A stretch of 58,970 nt of DNA from Sulfurovum sp. (GCA_027012955.1 JALUYL010000047.1:1-58970), one strand, 5' to 3'. Counted from the first letter of the stretch, positions 19,683 to 30,297 are shown. Translations and numbers: made by a program. The notes: generated by a model from the sequence alone, not told the origin.

Positions 19683-19784
19683 TTTTGTTTGAGTTTGCTT
19701 TAGATTTGGAGGTTGTGCTGAAGGAGCTTACGTTCAGCAAGTGACTGAAGCACTCCTCCAAAGATGAAGTAAAATCGGACGAAA
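19683..19784 (+). repeat. ERIC-like long hairpin element downstream of rplS
   Basis: Core AGGAGCTTAC-N5-GCAAGTGACTG resembles ERIC core (AGGAGCTTAC..GTAAGTGACTG); arms TTTGGAGG/CCTCCAAA and GTGCT/AGCAC, outer arms pair via G.U. Confidence 0.65.
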
Positions 19785-19787
19785 GAA

Positions 19788-20147
19788 CTATTTTCTACGG
19801 AGTTCTTTGATTCTTGCTGCTTTACCTTTTAACTCTCTCAAGTAGAACAATTTAGCTCTTCTAATTCTACCTCTTCTAAGTACTTCAATACTTTCGATAG
19901 ATTCTGAGTAAAGTGGGAAGATTCTTTCAACACCAACAGAGTTAGCACCCATTTTTCTTACCATGAAAGTACGTCCTGTACCTTGACCTCTGATAGCAAT
20001 ACAAAGACCTTCATAGTTTTGTACTCTCTCTTTATTACCCTCTTTAATTCTTACGGCTACTTTTACTGTATCACCCGCTCTAAAATCAGGAACGTTTTTG
20101 TTATCTAGTTGAGCTTGTTCAAAGCTTTCGATGTATTTATTTCTCAT
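19788..20147 (-). CDS. rplS: 50S ribosomal protein L19
   Basis: [33 protein letters not shown]. Confidence 0.99.
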   Translation of the reverse strand: MRNKYIESFEQAQLDNKNVPDFRAGDTVKVAVRIKEGNKERVQNYEGLCIAIRGQGTGRTFMVRKMGANSVGVERIFPLYSESIESIEVLRRGRIRRAKLFYLRELKGKAARIKELRRK

Positions 20148-20832
20148 CTGTTATACCTTTTTTGTATAAATCTGGGCGAAAATACTTTGTTTTACACAAA
20201 GCAAGCCCTCTTTTTAAGTCCGTGATTTTACTATGATTACCCTTTAAGAACTCTGAAACAACTTCATTTTCTTCATAATTTATAGGTTTCGTAAAAGATG
20301 GCGCTTCCAACAGTGATTCTTCAAAGCTCTCAACACTTAAAGAGTCACTGTTCCCAAGCACAGCATCTACATTACGGCTAATAGCATCACATACCACCAT
20401 ACTTGCCAACTCTCCACCAGTCAAAATAAAGTCTCCAATAGACAAAAGTTCATCTGCATATACTTCTATCACCCTCTCATCAATACCTTCATACCGTCCA
20501 GATACAAAAACCACATGCTCTTTTTTAGCCAAGCGTTTTGCATCATTTTGTGTAAATGTTTTTGCCACAGGTGAAAGGAAAATGATGTGTCCTTTGGGAG
20601 AATCCTTTTTGACTTTTGCCAATGTATCCATAAGTGGCTGAGGCGTCATAAGCATCCCTGCTCCCCCACCTATCATCGGTGCATCTACACGATTGTGTTT
20701 ATCTGTAGTAAAGTTACGTGGATTATAAAAATCAATAGATATCTTCTCATCTTCGATAGCACGCTTTAAAATACTTTCTGAAAAGTACCCTTTAATAAGG
20801 TTAGGGAAAAGTGTAATGAAGGAGAAACGCAT
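20137..20832 (-). CDS. trmD: tRNA (guanosine(37)-N1)-methyltransferase
   Basis: [27 protein letters not shown]. Confidence 0.98.
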   Translation of the reverse strand: MRFSFITLFPNLIKGYFSESILKRAIEDEKISIDFYNPRNFTTDKHNRVDAPMIGGGAGMLMTPQPLMDTLAKVKKDSPKGHIIFLSPVAKTFTQNDAKRLAKKEHVVFVSGRYEGIDERVIEVYADELLSIGDFILTGGELASMVVCDAISRNVDAVLGNSDSLSVESFEESLLEAPSFTKPINYEENEVVSEFLKGNHSKITDLKRGLALCKTKYFRPDLYKKGITDEK

Positions 20833-21360
20833 TTAAGACGCCTCAAGTATATCTTTGGCATCTTTCGTATAGACTATTTTTTCATCCAATCCAACAGTCA
20901 ATACATAACGTTCTATATAAGGAAGCAAAAAACTTTGGGAGAAATCTTCTTGGACCAAAACTTCATCTGTTTTGACTAGTAGATAATCTGTATCACCCAT
21001 ACGCTGTATATCTGTCACCTCACCAAGTACTTCATCACCTTGCTTCACTGTACATCCGATGATATCAAACCAAAAGTGCTGTCCTTCTTTGAGGTCACAG
21101 TTTTCTCTTGTTTGTGCCATATCAGCAAAAATTTTTACATTGGTTAGTTTTTTCGCAGAATCGATACTTTCATAGCCACTAAATTTTACAATACCACGCG
21201 TAAAATTAATATCAGCGATGGTTAAATCACCACGATTACTTTTATAGGTATTTCCTATTTTAAACTGTTCTGGAAAATCTGTATGAATATGAAATTTAAG
21301 GTCGCCCCAAAGGCCGATAGTTCGCCCAATTTGAGCGATGAGAGATGCGTCATTTGACAT
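20833..21360 (-). CDS. rimM: ribosome maturation factor RimM
   Basis: IGRTIGLWG, FWFDIIGC.V, LLPY; conserved operon position. Confidence 0.96.
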   Translation of the reverse strand: MSNDASLIAQIGRTIGLWGDLKFHIHTDFPEQFKIGNTYKSNRGDLTIADINFTRGIVKFSGYESIDSAKKLTNVKIFADMAQTRENCDLKEGQHFWFDIIGCTVKQGDEVLGEVTDIQRMGDTDYLLVKTDEVLVQEDFSQSFLLPYIERYVLTVGLDEKIVYTKDAKDILEAS

Positions 21361-21453
21361 AAAAAATCTTATTTTTTATCTTTACAGAATGTAAAGCTTT
21401 AGTGAGAGGAATTCTCAATGGGCTTTGCTCTTTGAGAAGGAGACCTAACATGG

Positions 21454-21696
21454 CTATTCTGCTGCTTTTACATTGACACGGTAGTTTTTACCGCCTTTTG
21501 CTTTACATCCAGAAATAACCGTTTTTATGGAGTTTATCATTCTTCCTTCTTTTCCGATGAGCTTACCAATATCTTCACTGTTAGCAAAGATGATAATCTC
21601 ATCAAAATTCTCATCAACCTCCGATATCTCTACGGAAATATCTTCAGGATTGTTTACCAAAAGCTTGGTATAAGTGAGAAGGAAGTCAGTTACCAT
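21454..21696 (-). CDS. KH domain RNA-binding protein (KhpA-like)
   Basis: DIGKLIGKEGR GxxG motif; between rpsP and rimM. Confidence 0.94.
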   Translation of the reverse strand: MVTDFLLTYTKLLVNNPEDISVEISEVDENFDEIIIFANSEDIGKLIGKEGRMINSIKTVISGCKAKGGKNYRVNVKAAE

Positions 21697-21700
21697 TAGA

Positions 21701-21931
21701 CTATTTCTTACCTGCTAGTCTTGTTACTGTTGGGCTCATTTGTGCACCAACTGAAAGCCAGTAGTTTAGTCTTTCTTCATCTAGAGTAAGCTCTTTGTTT
21801 ACAGATACTGGATTGTAGTTACCGATGACTTCTATCCAACCACCATCTCTTCTTTTTCTGCTATCTGTTACTACGATTCTGTAAAATGGCTTCTTTTTTC
21901 TACCCATTCTTGTCATTCTGATCATTGTCAT
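21701..21931 (-). CDS. rpsP: 30S ribosomal protein S16
   Basis: [23 protein letters not shown]. Confidence 0.99.
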   Translation of the reverse strand: MTMIRMTRMGRKKKPFYRIVVTDSRKRRDGGWIEVIGNYNPVSVNKELTLDEERLNYWLSVGAQMSPTVTRLAGKK

Positions 21932-22108
21932 GTTATATCCTTTAAATATATGTCTTTTAATTACAACCCACTTGGAGGTTCAAGTGTCCATAAATTAAGT
22001 CCTGACAACTGCTTTTTAATGACTAAAACACTCATCAAGGCTTAACGAACCGCGATTTTACCATAAATATACTAAAAATTTTATTAACTTCTATGTATCA
22101 CACTATTT

Positions 22109-23467
22109 CTAGCGAGGGATGTTTGCCATCCCTCCGCCACCTTGCATCTGCGACATCATGTCTTGCATCTGCTTCATGCCACCCTTAGTGGACATCTTCT
22201 TCGCCATTTTTGCAGCATTTTTAAACTGCTTTAACACACGGTTTACATGCATAGGCTCAAGCCCTGCACCAGCTGCTAAACGACGTTTGCGCATATTATT
22301 TAATAAATCTGGATTTTCTCTTTCTTTTAAAGTCATAGAGGAAACTAACGCTTTTATTTGCTTAATCTCATCAGAATTTTCCAAGTCCATATCCCCTATT
22401 TGCTTCGCCATGTTACCCATACCGGGTATCATCCCCATGATGGACTTCATGCTTCCAAGCTTTTTCATCTGTTCCATTTGTGCTAGAAAATCGTTAAAGT
22501 TAAACTGTCCCTTTTTAATCTTCTGCGTTATACGCTTTGCTTCTTTAGGGTCTATGGTAGCAGCAGCTCTTTCAGCAAGTCCCTCCACGTCCCCTGCACC
22601 CATCAAACGGCTTACTATTCTGTCAGAGATGAACTGCTCTAGGTCTGGCATTTTCTCACCATTACCGATGAAACGAAGTGGTACACCTACTTGTTGGGTA
22701 AGCCCAAGTGCCACACCACCTTTACCGTCACCATCAAATTTAGAAAGAACCACACCCGTGATACCTATCTTCTCTTTAAACGTCTGTGCTGTTCTTACTG
22801 CATCTTGTCCTGTCATAGCATCTGCTACATAGAAAAGCTCATCTGGATTGGCTACTTTTTTCACCTCTGCAAGCTCATTCATAAGCTCATCGTCTATGGC
22901 TAAACGACCTGCCGTATCTATCAGCACTACATCATAAAGCTCTTTTTGGGCTTTTTCAAGTCCACGTTTGACTATATCTGTTGGCGTAGCACCTTCATCG
23001 GCTACAAGTTCTACTTCTATGTTAGAAGCGATTTGCTTGAGTTGTTCAACGGCTGCGAGTCTTTGCAAGTCAGCTGCGATGATGAGTACTTTTTTCTTCT
23101 TTTGCTCTTTGAGAAAATGTGCTAGCTTACCTGTAGTGGTTGTTTTACCAGAACCTTGCAAACCTATCATCAACACTACGGTTGGTGGTTTAGAGGCGAA
23201 AGTAAACCCTTTTGGTGCACCTTCAAGCGTTAAAATATCTGTGAGTTTGTCTTGTAGTGCCTTAAGGAAGTTGTCTTTACCAACACCATGTTTTTTAGTC
23301 TCTATTTCTACGCTATTTATGAGATCTTTTACTACCTTATGATGTACATCTGATTTGAGTAGTGACTTTTTAAGCTCAGTTGTAGCTTTTTTCAATGCCT
23401 TTTCATCATCATGAAAACGTATTTTACCTATGGCATTTTTAAAACTATCGGTTAAAGTATCAAACAT
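22109..23467 (-). CDS. ffh: signal recognition particle protein Ffh
   Basis: GLQGSGKTTT, DTAGR, Met-rich M domain. Confidence 0.99.
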   Translation of the reverse strand: MFDTLTDSFKNAIGKIRFHDDEKALKKATTELKKSLLKSDVHHKVVKDLINSVEIETKKHGVGKDNFLKALQDKLTDILTLEGAPKGFTFASKPPTVVLMIGLQGSGKTTTTGKLAHFLKEQKKKKVLIIAADLQRLAAVEQLKQIASNIEVELVADEGATPTDIVKRGLEKAQKELYDVVLIDTAGRLAIDDELMNELAEVKKVANPDELFYVADAMTGQDAVRTAQTFKEKIGITGVVLSKFDGDGKGGVALGLTQQVGVPLRFIGNGEKMPDLEQFISDRIVSRLMGAGDVEGLAERAAATIDPKEAKRITQKIKKGQFNFNDFLAQMEQMKKLGSMKSIMGMIPGMGNMAKQIGDMDLENSDEIKQIKALVSSMTLKERENPDLLNNMRKRRLAAGAGLEPMHVNRVLKQFKNAAKMAKKMSTKGGMKQMQDMMSQMQGGGGMANIPR

Positions 23468-23527
23468 GTTTACCCTTGTATTTCTTCTATTTATTGTTGC
23501 GATTTTACCCTATTTGGGCTTAATACA

Positions 23528-23932
23528 CTAGTCTATATTGATATGCATGGTATAGAGTGATTTAATATCTTTCTTTGCTTCTTCATAAATTAAATAAACC
23601 TGAATGGTATAGATACCCCTTTTAAGTAATTTATCTTTATATTTTGAGCCCTCTATGTCCCCTCTGAAAAAAGCAGAATCACTGGAGTTTTTAAAAGGTG
23701 AATAAATTTTAAAATACGCTTTTGAAGAGTCAATATTGACATGCAGTGTTTCACCTTTATTAGCATAAAATTGATAGTTTGTTTTTTCAAAGCCCCTGAC
23801 TGCACCATGCAGTGTTACACTCTTTTGACCTATATCAAAATCAATTTTCTTACTGACTTCTACACCTTTAGCCATACTTTGGTATGTTACTAAAAATATA
23901 CCTATCCATACTATAAACCATTTTAACTGCAT
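23528..23932 (-). CDS. hypothetical exported protein (PPC-like beta-sandwich)
   Basis: Signal peptide; Y.FYANKGETL.V..F.IY.P..G.Y.I.V pattern. Confidence 0.7.
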   Translation of the reverse strand: MQLKWFIVWIGIFLVTYQSMAKGVEVSKKIDFDIGQKSVTLHGAVRGFEKTNYQFYANKGETLHVNIDSSKAYFKIYSPFKNSSDSAFFRGDIEGSKYKDKLLKRGIYTIQVYLIYEEAKKDIKSLYTMHINID

Positions 23933-23945
23933 CTATTGTCCTTTT

Positions 23946-24683
23946 TTATTTATATCTAGCGATATCTTTAGGCTCTTTGGCATTAAACTCATAGTCAAGT
24001 ATCTTCATTTTTGCAGAGTGTAAAAGCACACGCTTTGACTGTGTACGACTTCCATACTGCTCATCGCCTACAACAGGATGTCCTATATGTGCCAAGTGTA
24101 CACGTATTTGGTGTGTACGTCCTGTGGTTATCTCTATATGTACTTTAGACTTCTTTCCCTGTAACTCTTCTGGCTTCACTACAGTATGTGCCTTTTTCCC
24201 ACGTAGGGGGTCTATAAGCGAAAATGCTTTACCTTTTTTAATGGTAAAGATAGGTTCATCTATCTCAACTTTTTCATACAACACACCCTCTATCCATGCC
24301 ACATAATTTTTTTCAACTTTGCGTGATTTAAACTCTTTAATGGCTCTGTCTATAAATGCTCTGTTCTTACCTAAAAGTAAAACCCCCGAAGTATCACGGT
24401 CAAGTCTATGTAAAAGTTCTGCACCATCAATAGCATCTTGAATGTCATAGCTGTCTACCTGTGCAGGTTTATTGATAGCGATGATATCCTCATCTTGGTA
24501 GAGTATCTCTATATCTTCAGGGTATTCTATACGAAAAAAGGTCTCCGTGTGTATGTCTGCACGTGCAATCTTCACTTTTTTATCTTCTACAAACACTAGC
24601 CCTCTATCTATGAGGTCTTTTGCTTTTTTATTTGAAATGTCTTGTTGTCTTGCTAAGACTTTGTATGCTTTATCTGTAGCCAT
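23946..24683 (-). CDS. RluA family pseudouridine synthase
   Basis: INKP, HRLDRDTSG, TGRTHQIRVHL, GD..YG. Confidence 0.95.
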   Translation of the reverse strand: MATDKAYKVLARQQDISNKKAKDLIDRGLVFVEDKKVKIARADIHTETFFRIEYPEDIEILYQDEDIIAINKPAQVDSYDIQDAIDGAELLHRLDRDTSGVLLLGKNRAFIDRAIKEFKSRKVEKNYVAWIEGVLYEKVEIDEPIFTIKKGKAFSLIDPLRGKKAHTVVKPEELQGKKSKVHIEITTGRTHQIRVHLAHIGHPVVGDEQYGSRTQSKRVLLHSAKMKILDYEFNAKEPKDIARYK

Positions 24684-24969
24684 TTTTTTCTATCCATATG
24701 CTAAATTTTTCCGTTAATGGAAATTCTATTATTTTTATTTTACTATTTTGTCCTGTTTTAAAAATTATATCACTTTTTGGGACTTTAAAACTTTTTGAGA
24801 GAAATTTTACTAACTCTTTATTTGCCGCACCTTCAACTGCTGGTGCTTTGATGCGTATCTTTATGGCATCTTCACCATAAAGTTCGCAAAACTCTGATTT
24901 ACTCGCATTAGGCTGTGCCTTAATACGTAAACTTACTCTATCTTCCTTTATCTCACAAAACATCTTCAA
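24670..24969 (-). CDS. DUF167 (YggU) family protein
   Basis: QPNA.K, APAVEGAANKEL. Confidence 0.93.
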   Translation of the reverse strand: MKMFCEIKEDRVSLRIKAQPNASKSEFCELYGEDAIKIRIKAPAVEGAANKELVKFLSKSFKVPKSDIIFKTGQNSKIKIIEFPLTEKFSIWIEKNGYR

Positions 24970-26122
24970 GACTCTTCACGATAGGTGATATATCTGTATG
25001 ATATTTCAGTCTTGTAGGTTTCAAAAGCCCATGCTGTAAAAGCCTACGAGAAAGATTGGATGCTTCCACTATAGCAATACCTTCAATGGCTCCAAAAATA
25101 TCTACTTGGTTAAAATAGTGCTTACCTGAGAGTATCTTACATCCAAACTGTGCAGCTTCAGCTGCATTGTGTCCACCTATAGGCTCAAATGCCCCACCAA
25201 GTATCACAATATCTGAAATACTATAGATATTGACCAACTCACCCAAAGTATCAATAAGAACAATATCATCCTCTAGGCTCTTATCCTCAGAATACCTATG
25301 CCATAAAAGATTGTTAGCTTTACCAAAAGCCTCTATCATGCCTGCTACTTTGTCAAAACGTTCAGGGTGACGTGGCACGATAATGAGTCTTGCCTCACTC
25401 TGCTCTTGTTTCAATCTATAAAAAGCATCTAAAATTAATGCTTCTTCAGTCCCATGTGTACTTGCTGCACAAATAATCAATCCAGAAGGTTTTACCAACG
25501 TTTGAGTAACCTTTGGGAGAGATGACAGTTTAATATTACCCGTAACCACAACATTTTTTGCACCCAAAGACTCTAAACGTTCTTTGTCTAATGCCGTTTG
25601 TGCATAGACTTCGTCTATATGTTTAAAGATATGTCTATAAAGCCAACCCATACGCAGATACTTTGGGTAAGATCTCTCAGACATCCGTGCATTGATGAGC
25701 AGTGTTTTTGCCCCTCTTTTTTGTGCCAAGACAAAAAGTAAGTACCAAAACTCCGCTTCCATGACCACTAAAGCTTTTTGAGGTTTTAGCCAAAAAAAGA
25801 GCAGTGATTCAAAGGGCAAGTAACGACTCTCTTGCGTATAGTCTAAAATAGCATCATAACCCGTGTGTGTTGTACTACTCATACGTAATAGTTCACTTGG
25901 CAATTTGTCTACCAATGGCTTAATGGCCTTTGCCTCTCCAAAACTACACGAATGAAACCAAATACCATCAGGTTTTAAAGGTGGGTTTTTCCATAAGAAA
26001 AATCTAGCTGGTAATGAATCTTTATATTTTGATTTAAAAGAAAAAAGAAATAGAAAAGGGAGTGCTAAAATGTAGAGTAAAAACGCAACTAGACTATAGA
26101 GAAAAAAGAATGTTTTCTCCAT
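24953..26122 (-). CDS. waaA: 3-deoxy-D-manno-octulosonic acid (Kdo) transferase
   Basis: WFHSCSFGE, NARMS, VPRHPERF, GGHN. Confidence 0.96.
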   Translation of the reverse strand: MEKTFFFLYSLVAFLLYILALPFLFLFSFKSKYKDSLPARFFLWKNPPLKPDGIWFHSCSFGEAKAIKPLVDKLPSELLRMSSTTHTGYDAILDYTQESRYLPFESLLFFWLKPQKALVVMEAEFWYLLFVLAQKRGAKTLLINARMSERSYPKYLRMGWLYRHIFKHIDEVYAQTALDKERLESLGAKNVVVTGNIKLSSLPKVTQTLVKPSGLIICAASTHGTEEALILDAFYRLKQEQSEARLIIVPRHPERFDKVAGMIEAFGKANNLLWHRYSEDKSLEDDIVLIDTLGELVNIYSISDIVILGGAFEPIGGHNAAEAAQFGCKILSGKHYFNQVDIFGAIEGIAIVEASNLSRRLLQHGLLKPTRLKYHTDISPIVKSLEDVL

Positions 26123-26135
26123 AGTATTTCACTTG

Positions 26136-26855
26136 TTATGCTTCAGCTGTAACAGGCTCTAGGTATAAAATACGTCCACAGTGAGGACAGTTTACAATTT
26201 CGTCTGCTCTAATCACTTCTGCATAGGTTTTATCGTTAAGCTTCATGTAACATCCGTAACATGCTTGTTTTTTTACAGGTACAACTGCTGTGTTCCCTGC
26301 CCAGATACGAATCTTTTCATAGAATGCAAGTACTTTTTGCTCAAGGTTTCTACTAAGCTCTTCTCTTTTTACAAAAAGTTCACCTTTTGCTTTTTCAATC
26401 TCAGCTTTTTCTACAGAAACTACTTCGTCCATTGCTTTAAATTCAGCAGCTAAGGCAGTTACCTTTTCGCTTGCTTCTTCTAGCAATGCTTTTTTCGTTT
26501 CATTGATACCTTGAAGTCTTTCAATCTCTTCATTGGCAAAAGTCATTTTCTCTTTTGCGATATCTTCTTCCAAAGAGAGTGCTTTCATCTCTTTTTCTGT
26601 AGAAATCTCTTTCAATTTTTTAGCATTTGAAGAAAGTTGTTCATTCAGAAGTGTTAGTTGTTCTTCAAATGTTTTTACTTTTGCTTCATTGTCTACGATA
26701 TCTGTATTTAACGTATCAAGTTCAGCTTGTGCAGCATCCATCTTTTTTTGAATTTTAGCTACTTTTTTATCTGCAGCTTCAAGTTGTGGGGTATACGAGT
26801 CAATCGCTTTATCATTGTTAGAAAGCTCGATAAGCTCATTTAAGTGTTTATTCAA
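26136..26855 (-). CDS. coiled-coil C4 zinc-ribbon domain protein
   Basis: Long coiled coil then CYGC..CPHCGRILY; follows the Nif3 gene. Confidence 0.93.
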   Translation of the reverse strand: MNKHLNELIELSNNDKAIDSYTPQLEAADKKVAKIQKKMDAAQAELDTLNTDIVDNEAKVKTFEEQLTLLNEQLSSNAKKLKEISTEKEMKALSLEEDIAKEKMTFANEEIERLQGINETKKALLEEASEKVTALAAEFKAMDEVVSVEKAEIEKAKGELFVKREELSRNLEQKVLAFYEKIRIWAGNTAVVPVKKQACYGCYMKLNDKTYAEVIRADEIVNCPHCGRILYLEPVTAEA

Positions 26856-26916
26856 TCTCTGTCCTTTAGGATTTAAGGGTATTTCTGTAACTTTTTACAG
26901 GTTTAAGAACCTATTT

Positions 26917-27645
26917 TTAATACGTTTCAGTATGAAATGGGTTTTTAGAATTCGCAATTATAGCCAAAATAGGTAAAACTTTCAATTCATCTATCAATAT
27001 CTGGGCAAAAAACTTCTCAGGTTCATAGTGTCCGATGTCTATCATCATCAAATCTTCACTCATAGCTTTCATCGCATCATGGTATTTGATGTCCCCCGTA
27101 AGAAAACAATCGGCCTCTACCTCATCCATCAAAGAAGCCCCAGAACCTGTGCATAAAGCGATAGATTTTATATTTTCTTTCTTACCTACTACTCTTAGTG
27201 TAGGAAGCTCCAACTTTTCTTTTATCAAGTTCAAAAGTGCTTTGTAATTCCATGTACCTTTTGCTGTACAAAGAAAAGCATTTTGAGATTCCAAAGTAAA
27301 ACCTAAAATCTTTGTAAACACATATTTATTGAGATGTGTCTGGTCAAAGTTTGTATGCAGTGCAATACATGACTGCTTTTTAAGTATCATCTTTTCCATA
27401 AGATTTGAAGGGTATTTAGCAAAATCAAGCTGTGTAAGCTTAGCAAATATAAGGGGATGATGCACCACAAAGAGTGTGCCCTCTTTTGCCTCTTCTATCA
27501 TAGAAAAATCTATATCTAAAGAGACTACTATTTGGGAGACCTTACGATTTAAATCACCTACAATTAACCCAGAGTTATCCCATTTTTCTTGAAGTTCAAA
27601 AGAGCTTATTTTATCTAGGTGGTTATATATTTCTTGTAATTTCAT
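26917..27645 (-). CDS. Nif3-like dinuclear metal centre protein
   Basis: WDNSGL, HHPL, HTNFD, TGDIKYH, GHY; ATG 27645 chosen because the longer ORF starts inside a REP. Confidence 0.94.
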   Translation of the reverse strand: MKLQEIYNHLDKISSFELQEKWDNSGLIVGDLNRKVSQIVVSLDIDFSMIEEAKEGTLFVVHHPLIFAKLTQLDFAKYPSNLMEKMILKKQSCIALHTNFDQTHLNKYVFTKILGFTLESQNAFLCTAKGTWNYKALLNLIKEKLELPTLRVVGKKENIKSIALCTGSGASLMDEVEADCFLTGDIKYHDAMKAMSEDLMMIDIGHYEPEKFFAQILIDELKVLPILAIIANSKNPFHTETY

Positions 27646-27655
27646 GATTAACTCC

Positions 27656-27753
27656 GTAGGGTGCGATTGCCATCGCACCTTCTATAATATGATTGTAAAT
27701 TTAAAAGTATTTCATATAAAAAAGCAAAAGGTGCTGTGGCAACAGCACCCTAC
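27656..27753. repeat. REPIN-like doublet: two inverted GTAG-type REPs (27656-27679 and 27730-27753)
   Basis: GTAG-GGTGCGAT-TGCC-ATCGCACC (+) and GTAG-GGTGCTGT-TGCC-ACAGCACC (-), 50-nt spacer. Confidence 0.85.
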
Positions 27754-28643
27754 GATTTTACCCTTGCATTGCGTTCTTCTTCTTGTGCTTTATAAAGTTG
27801 TGCACAGCCTATAGAAAGCTCTCTGACTTTTAGAATATAGTTCTGTCTTTGCGCCTGAGAGATAGCCTTACGTGCATCAAGTACGTTAAAGGCATGAGAA
27901 GCCAGCATACATTGGTCATAGGCAGGTAAAGGAAGTCCTGCATCCAAACAGACTTTACATTCATTAGAAGCATCTTCAAAGTGTTGGAACAAGTTTTCTA
28001 CATTCGCTACTTCAAAATGGTACTTGGAAAACTCATACTCTGTCTCTTTATGCACATCACCATACGTAGTTACTGTGTCGCCCATTTTGTTCCATACCAG
28101 GTCATAGACAGAGTCTACACCCTGCAAATACATAGCCAGCCTCTCTGTACCATAGGTTATCTCAACAGCCACAGGATCACAGGCTATGCCTCCTACTTGC
28201 TGGAAGTAAGTAAACTGTGTCACTTCCATACCATCAAGCCACACTTCCCAACCAAGACCCCAAGCACCAAGTGTTGGTGATTCCCAGTTGTCTTCGACAA
28301 AACGGATATCATGCTCTTGTAGGTTAAGCCCTAAGTACTCAAGTGACTTTAGGTAAAGCTCTTGAATGTTGTCAGGGCTAGGTTTAATGAGAGCTTGAAA
28401 CTGATAATACGCCCCAAGTCTGTTAGGATTCTCGCCATAGCGTCCGTCGGTAGGACGACGGCTAGGTGCCACATATGCAGCAGACCAAGGCTTAGAATCA
28501 AGACTTCTCAGAAGTGTCGCAGGGTGAAATGTCCCTGCACCAGATGGGATGTCGTACGGCTGTACGATATTACATCCTTGTTCTGCCCAGTATTGTTGGA
28601 GTTTTAGTAGCATAGTGCTAAATGTTATGGCGTTTTTGTTCAT
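27750..28643 (-). CDS. glyQ: glycine--tRNA ligase alpha subunit
   Basis: [39 protein letters not shown]; ATG 28643 overlaps the upstream stop (ATGA). Confidence 0.98.
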   Translation of the reverse strand: MNKNAITFSTMLLKLQQYWAEQGCNIVQPYDIPSGAGTFHPATLLRSLDSKPWSAAYVAPSRRPTDGRYGENPNRLGAYYQFQALIKPSPDNIQELYLKSLEYLGLNLQEHDIRFVEDNWESPTLGAWGLGWEVWLDGMEVTQFTYFQQVGGIACDPVAVEITYGTERLAMYLQGVDSVYDLVWNKMGDTVTTYGDVHKETEYEFSKYHFEVANVENLFQHFEDASNECKVCLDAGLPLPAYDQCMLASHAFNVLDARKAISQAQRQNYILKVRELSIGCAQLYKAQEEERNARVKS

Positions 28644-29185
28644 GCACATTCCTTTTCTAATTTTACTTTTAAATCTTGACATTCAACAAATATATTCTTT
28701 CTATTTCTTGCTAGCCAATTATAAATTATCCTATCAATAGGTTTTCCACTTTTACAATACAAATAATAAACAGACATATTAGCTGCTTTTGTACTATCAA
28801 ATTTTTCACATAATATATATGTAGTATTACTTGCTTTTTTAGGTGCAGAACTTAATAAATCCGATTTTGTTTGCTCTAACAATCTTTTCTTTACTTCAAC
28901 ATCTAAAGTTTGAATAAGTAAAAATAGTTCAGTAATTTTAAGATATTCAATATCATCATTAACATATTTATAGCTATCAAAGTCTTTATCAAGATATGTA
29001 CAACAATTATTCAAAAAACCAAGTAAAATACTTTTTTCTTCGACTAAAATATATTTATCTTGACATTCAATAACTTTATCACATGTTGAACCTACATCAT
29101 CCAAAGGATCAATATCAATAATACGAAAAGAACTTAAAGTGTCATCACAACAAAATTGTTTGACACTTTTTAAATGTATTCCCAC
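28640..29185 (-). CDS. hypothetical protein, putative PD-(D/E)XK-like nuclease partner of the ATPase
   Basis: CDKVIE...ILVEEKS (D..E.K-like); overlaps ATPase stop by 16 nt; AT-rich. Confidence 0.6.
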   Translation of the reverse strand: MGIHLKSVKQFCCDDTLSSFRIIDIDPLDDVGSTCDKVIECQDKYILVEEKSILLGFLNNCCTYLDKDFDSYKYVNDDIEYLKITELFLLIQTLDVEVKKRLLEQTKSDLLSSAPKKASNTTYILCEKFDSTKAANMSVYYLYCKSGKPIDRIIYNWLARNRKNIFVECQDLKVKLEKECA

Positions 29186-30252
29186 ATTATCTCCTCTAAA
29201 GAGCCCAAAAGTTCATCTTGTATCAACTGCCATTTTTCATCAGTATCTAAAATATGATTTTCAACTACACCTTCTGTCTCTTTAAATAAATTAAATGATA
29301 CTCTATCATCAAAACCTCTTCGTTTTGAAATAGCATTTAAATAGTCAGGCATGTATGGACTATGTGTAGAGAATACTATTTTAACACCTGCATTCATAAG
29401 CTCAACAAAAAGGTCTATCATTTTTAATTGCCACTCTGGGTGTAAATGTACTTCTGGTTCTTCCCAATACAATACAGAACCTTTTTTAAGGGCTTTATTT
29501 GTTACAAGATACTGAAGTAGTCCTATACTTTTTGTACCTGATGAAGCATTGACGATATCATAATTTTTCTCATTTTCTTTGTTAAAAATAAATGAATCTC
29601 CACTGCTCTCAATATCACCTTTGATAATTGTTTTAGACTTCTCTGTAAACTCTTTAATTAGTTTATCTTGTTCTTTATCTGTAAAAGAATAGTCTGTATC
29701 TAAGATATTTAAAAGAGATTCTATATGATAAGGCGTTTTCCCTTTTTCTCTTTTCATAAATTTTTTAAATTCTAAAATTAATGGAGTTTCAACAAAAATA
29801 ACATTATTATACAATCTGATTTCATCTAAATTTGCATTTAAAGAATTATTTTTATATTCAACAAAACTATCATTTAATTTTATAAAAAAGTCATTAGATA
29901 TTTGTTCTATATCTACAAATATTGATTGTAATATATTTTTTAAATCATCATATAATTCATTATCTATGTCTCTAACATATTTAGATCTTTCATCTAAATA
30001 CTCCATTATATACTTTGCAGAATTTTCTTTAGATATATCAGTATCTTTTTTTAATATATCCTGTATTTTTTTTGGAAGGTCGTTCATATTATTAGAAAAT
30101 AAACGTAAAGCTTCATCTATAGCATACATCATTTTCATCACATAACTCTTACCAGTTCCTGGTTTCCCAGCAATCACAGTAATATCATTAAAAGCTACTT
30201 TAGTATCTTTCAGTTTTGCAAAGTTTTTAAAATGTGCTAATTCTTTAGCCAT
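29170..30252 (-). CDS. AAA_15/AAA_21-type ABC ATPase
   Basis: Walker A GKPGTGKS, signature ASSG, Walker B/D-loop WEEPEVHLHP, H-loop STHSPY. Confidence 0.92.
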   Translation of the reverse strand: MAKELAHFKNFAKLKDTKVAFNDITVIAGKPGTGKSYVMKMMYAIDEALRLFSNNMNDLPKKIQDILKKDTDISKENSAKYIMEYLDERSKYVRDIDNELYDDLKNILQSIFVDIEQISNDFFIKLNDSFVEYKNNSLNANLDEIRLYNNVIFVETPLILEFKKFMKREKGKTPYHIESLLNILDTDYSFTDKEQDKLIKEFTEKSKTIIKGDIESSGDSFIFNKENEKNYDIVNASSGTKSIGLLQYLVTNKALKKGSVLYWEEPEVHLHPEWQLKMIDLFVELMNAGVKIVFSTHSPYMPDYLNAISKRRGFDDRVSFNLFKETEGVVENHILDTDEKWQLIQDELLGSLEEIMWEYI

Positions 30253-30297
30253 AATGTATCCTAATTTTTAATTGTAGTATTATATCAAATTTAAATA

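Noticed and set aside
22119-22832. 237-aa plus-strand ORF
   Set aside because: Antisense to ffh, no motifs
27646-27678. N-terminal extension of the Nif3 ORF; similar extensions for glyQ, ftsW, ftsI and the first antitoxin
   Set aside because: Upstream starts lie in a REP or overlap neighbouring genes; downstream ATGs fit family starts or RBSs better
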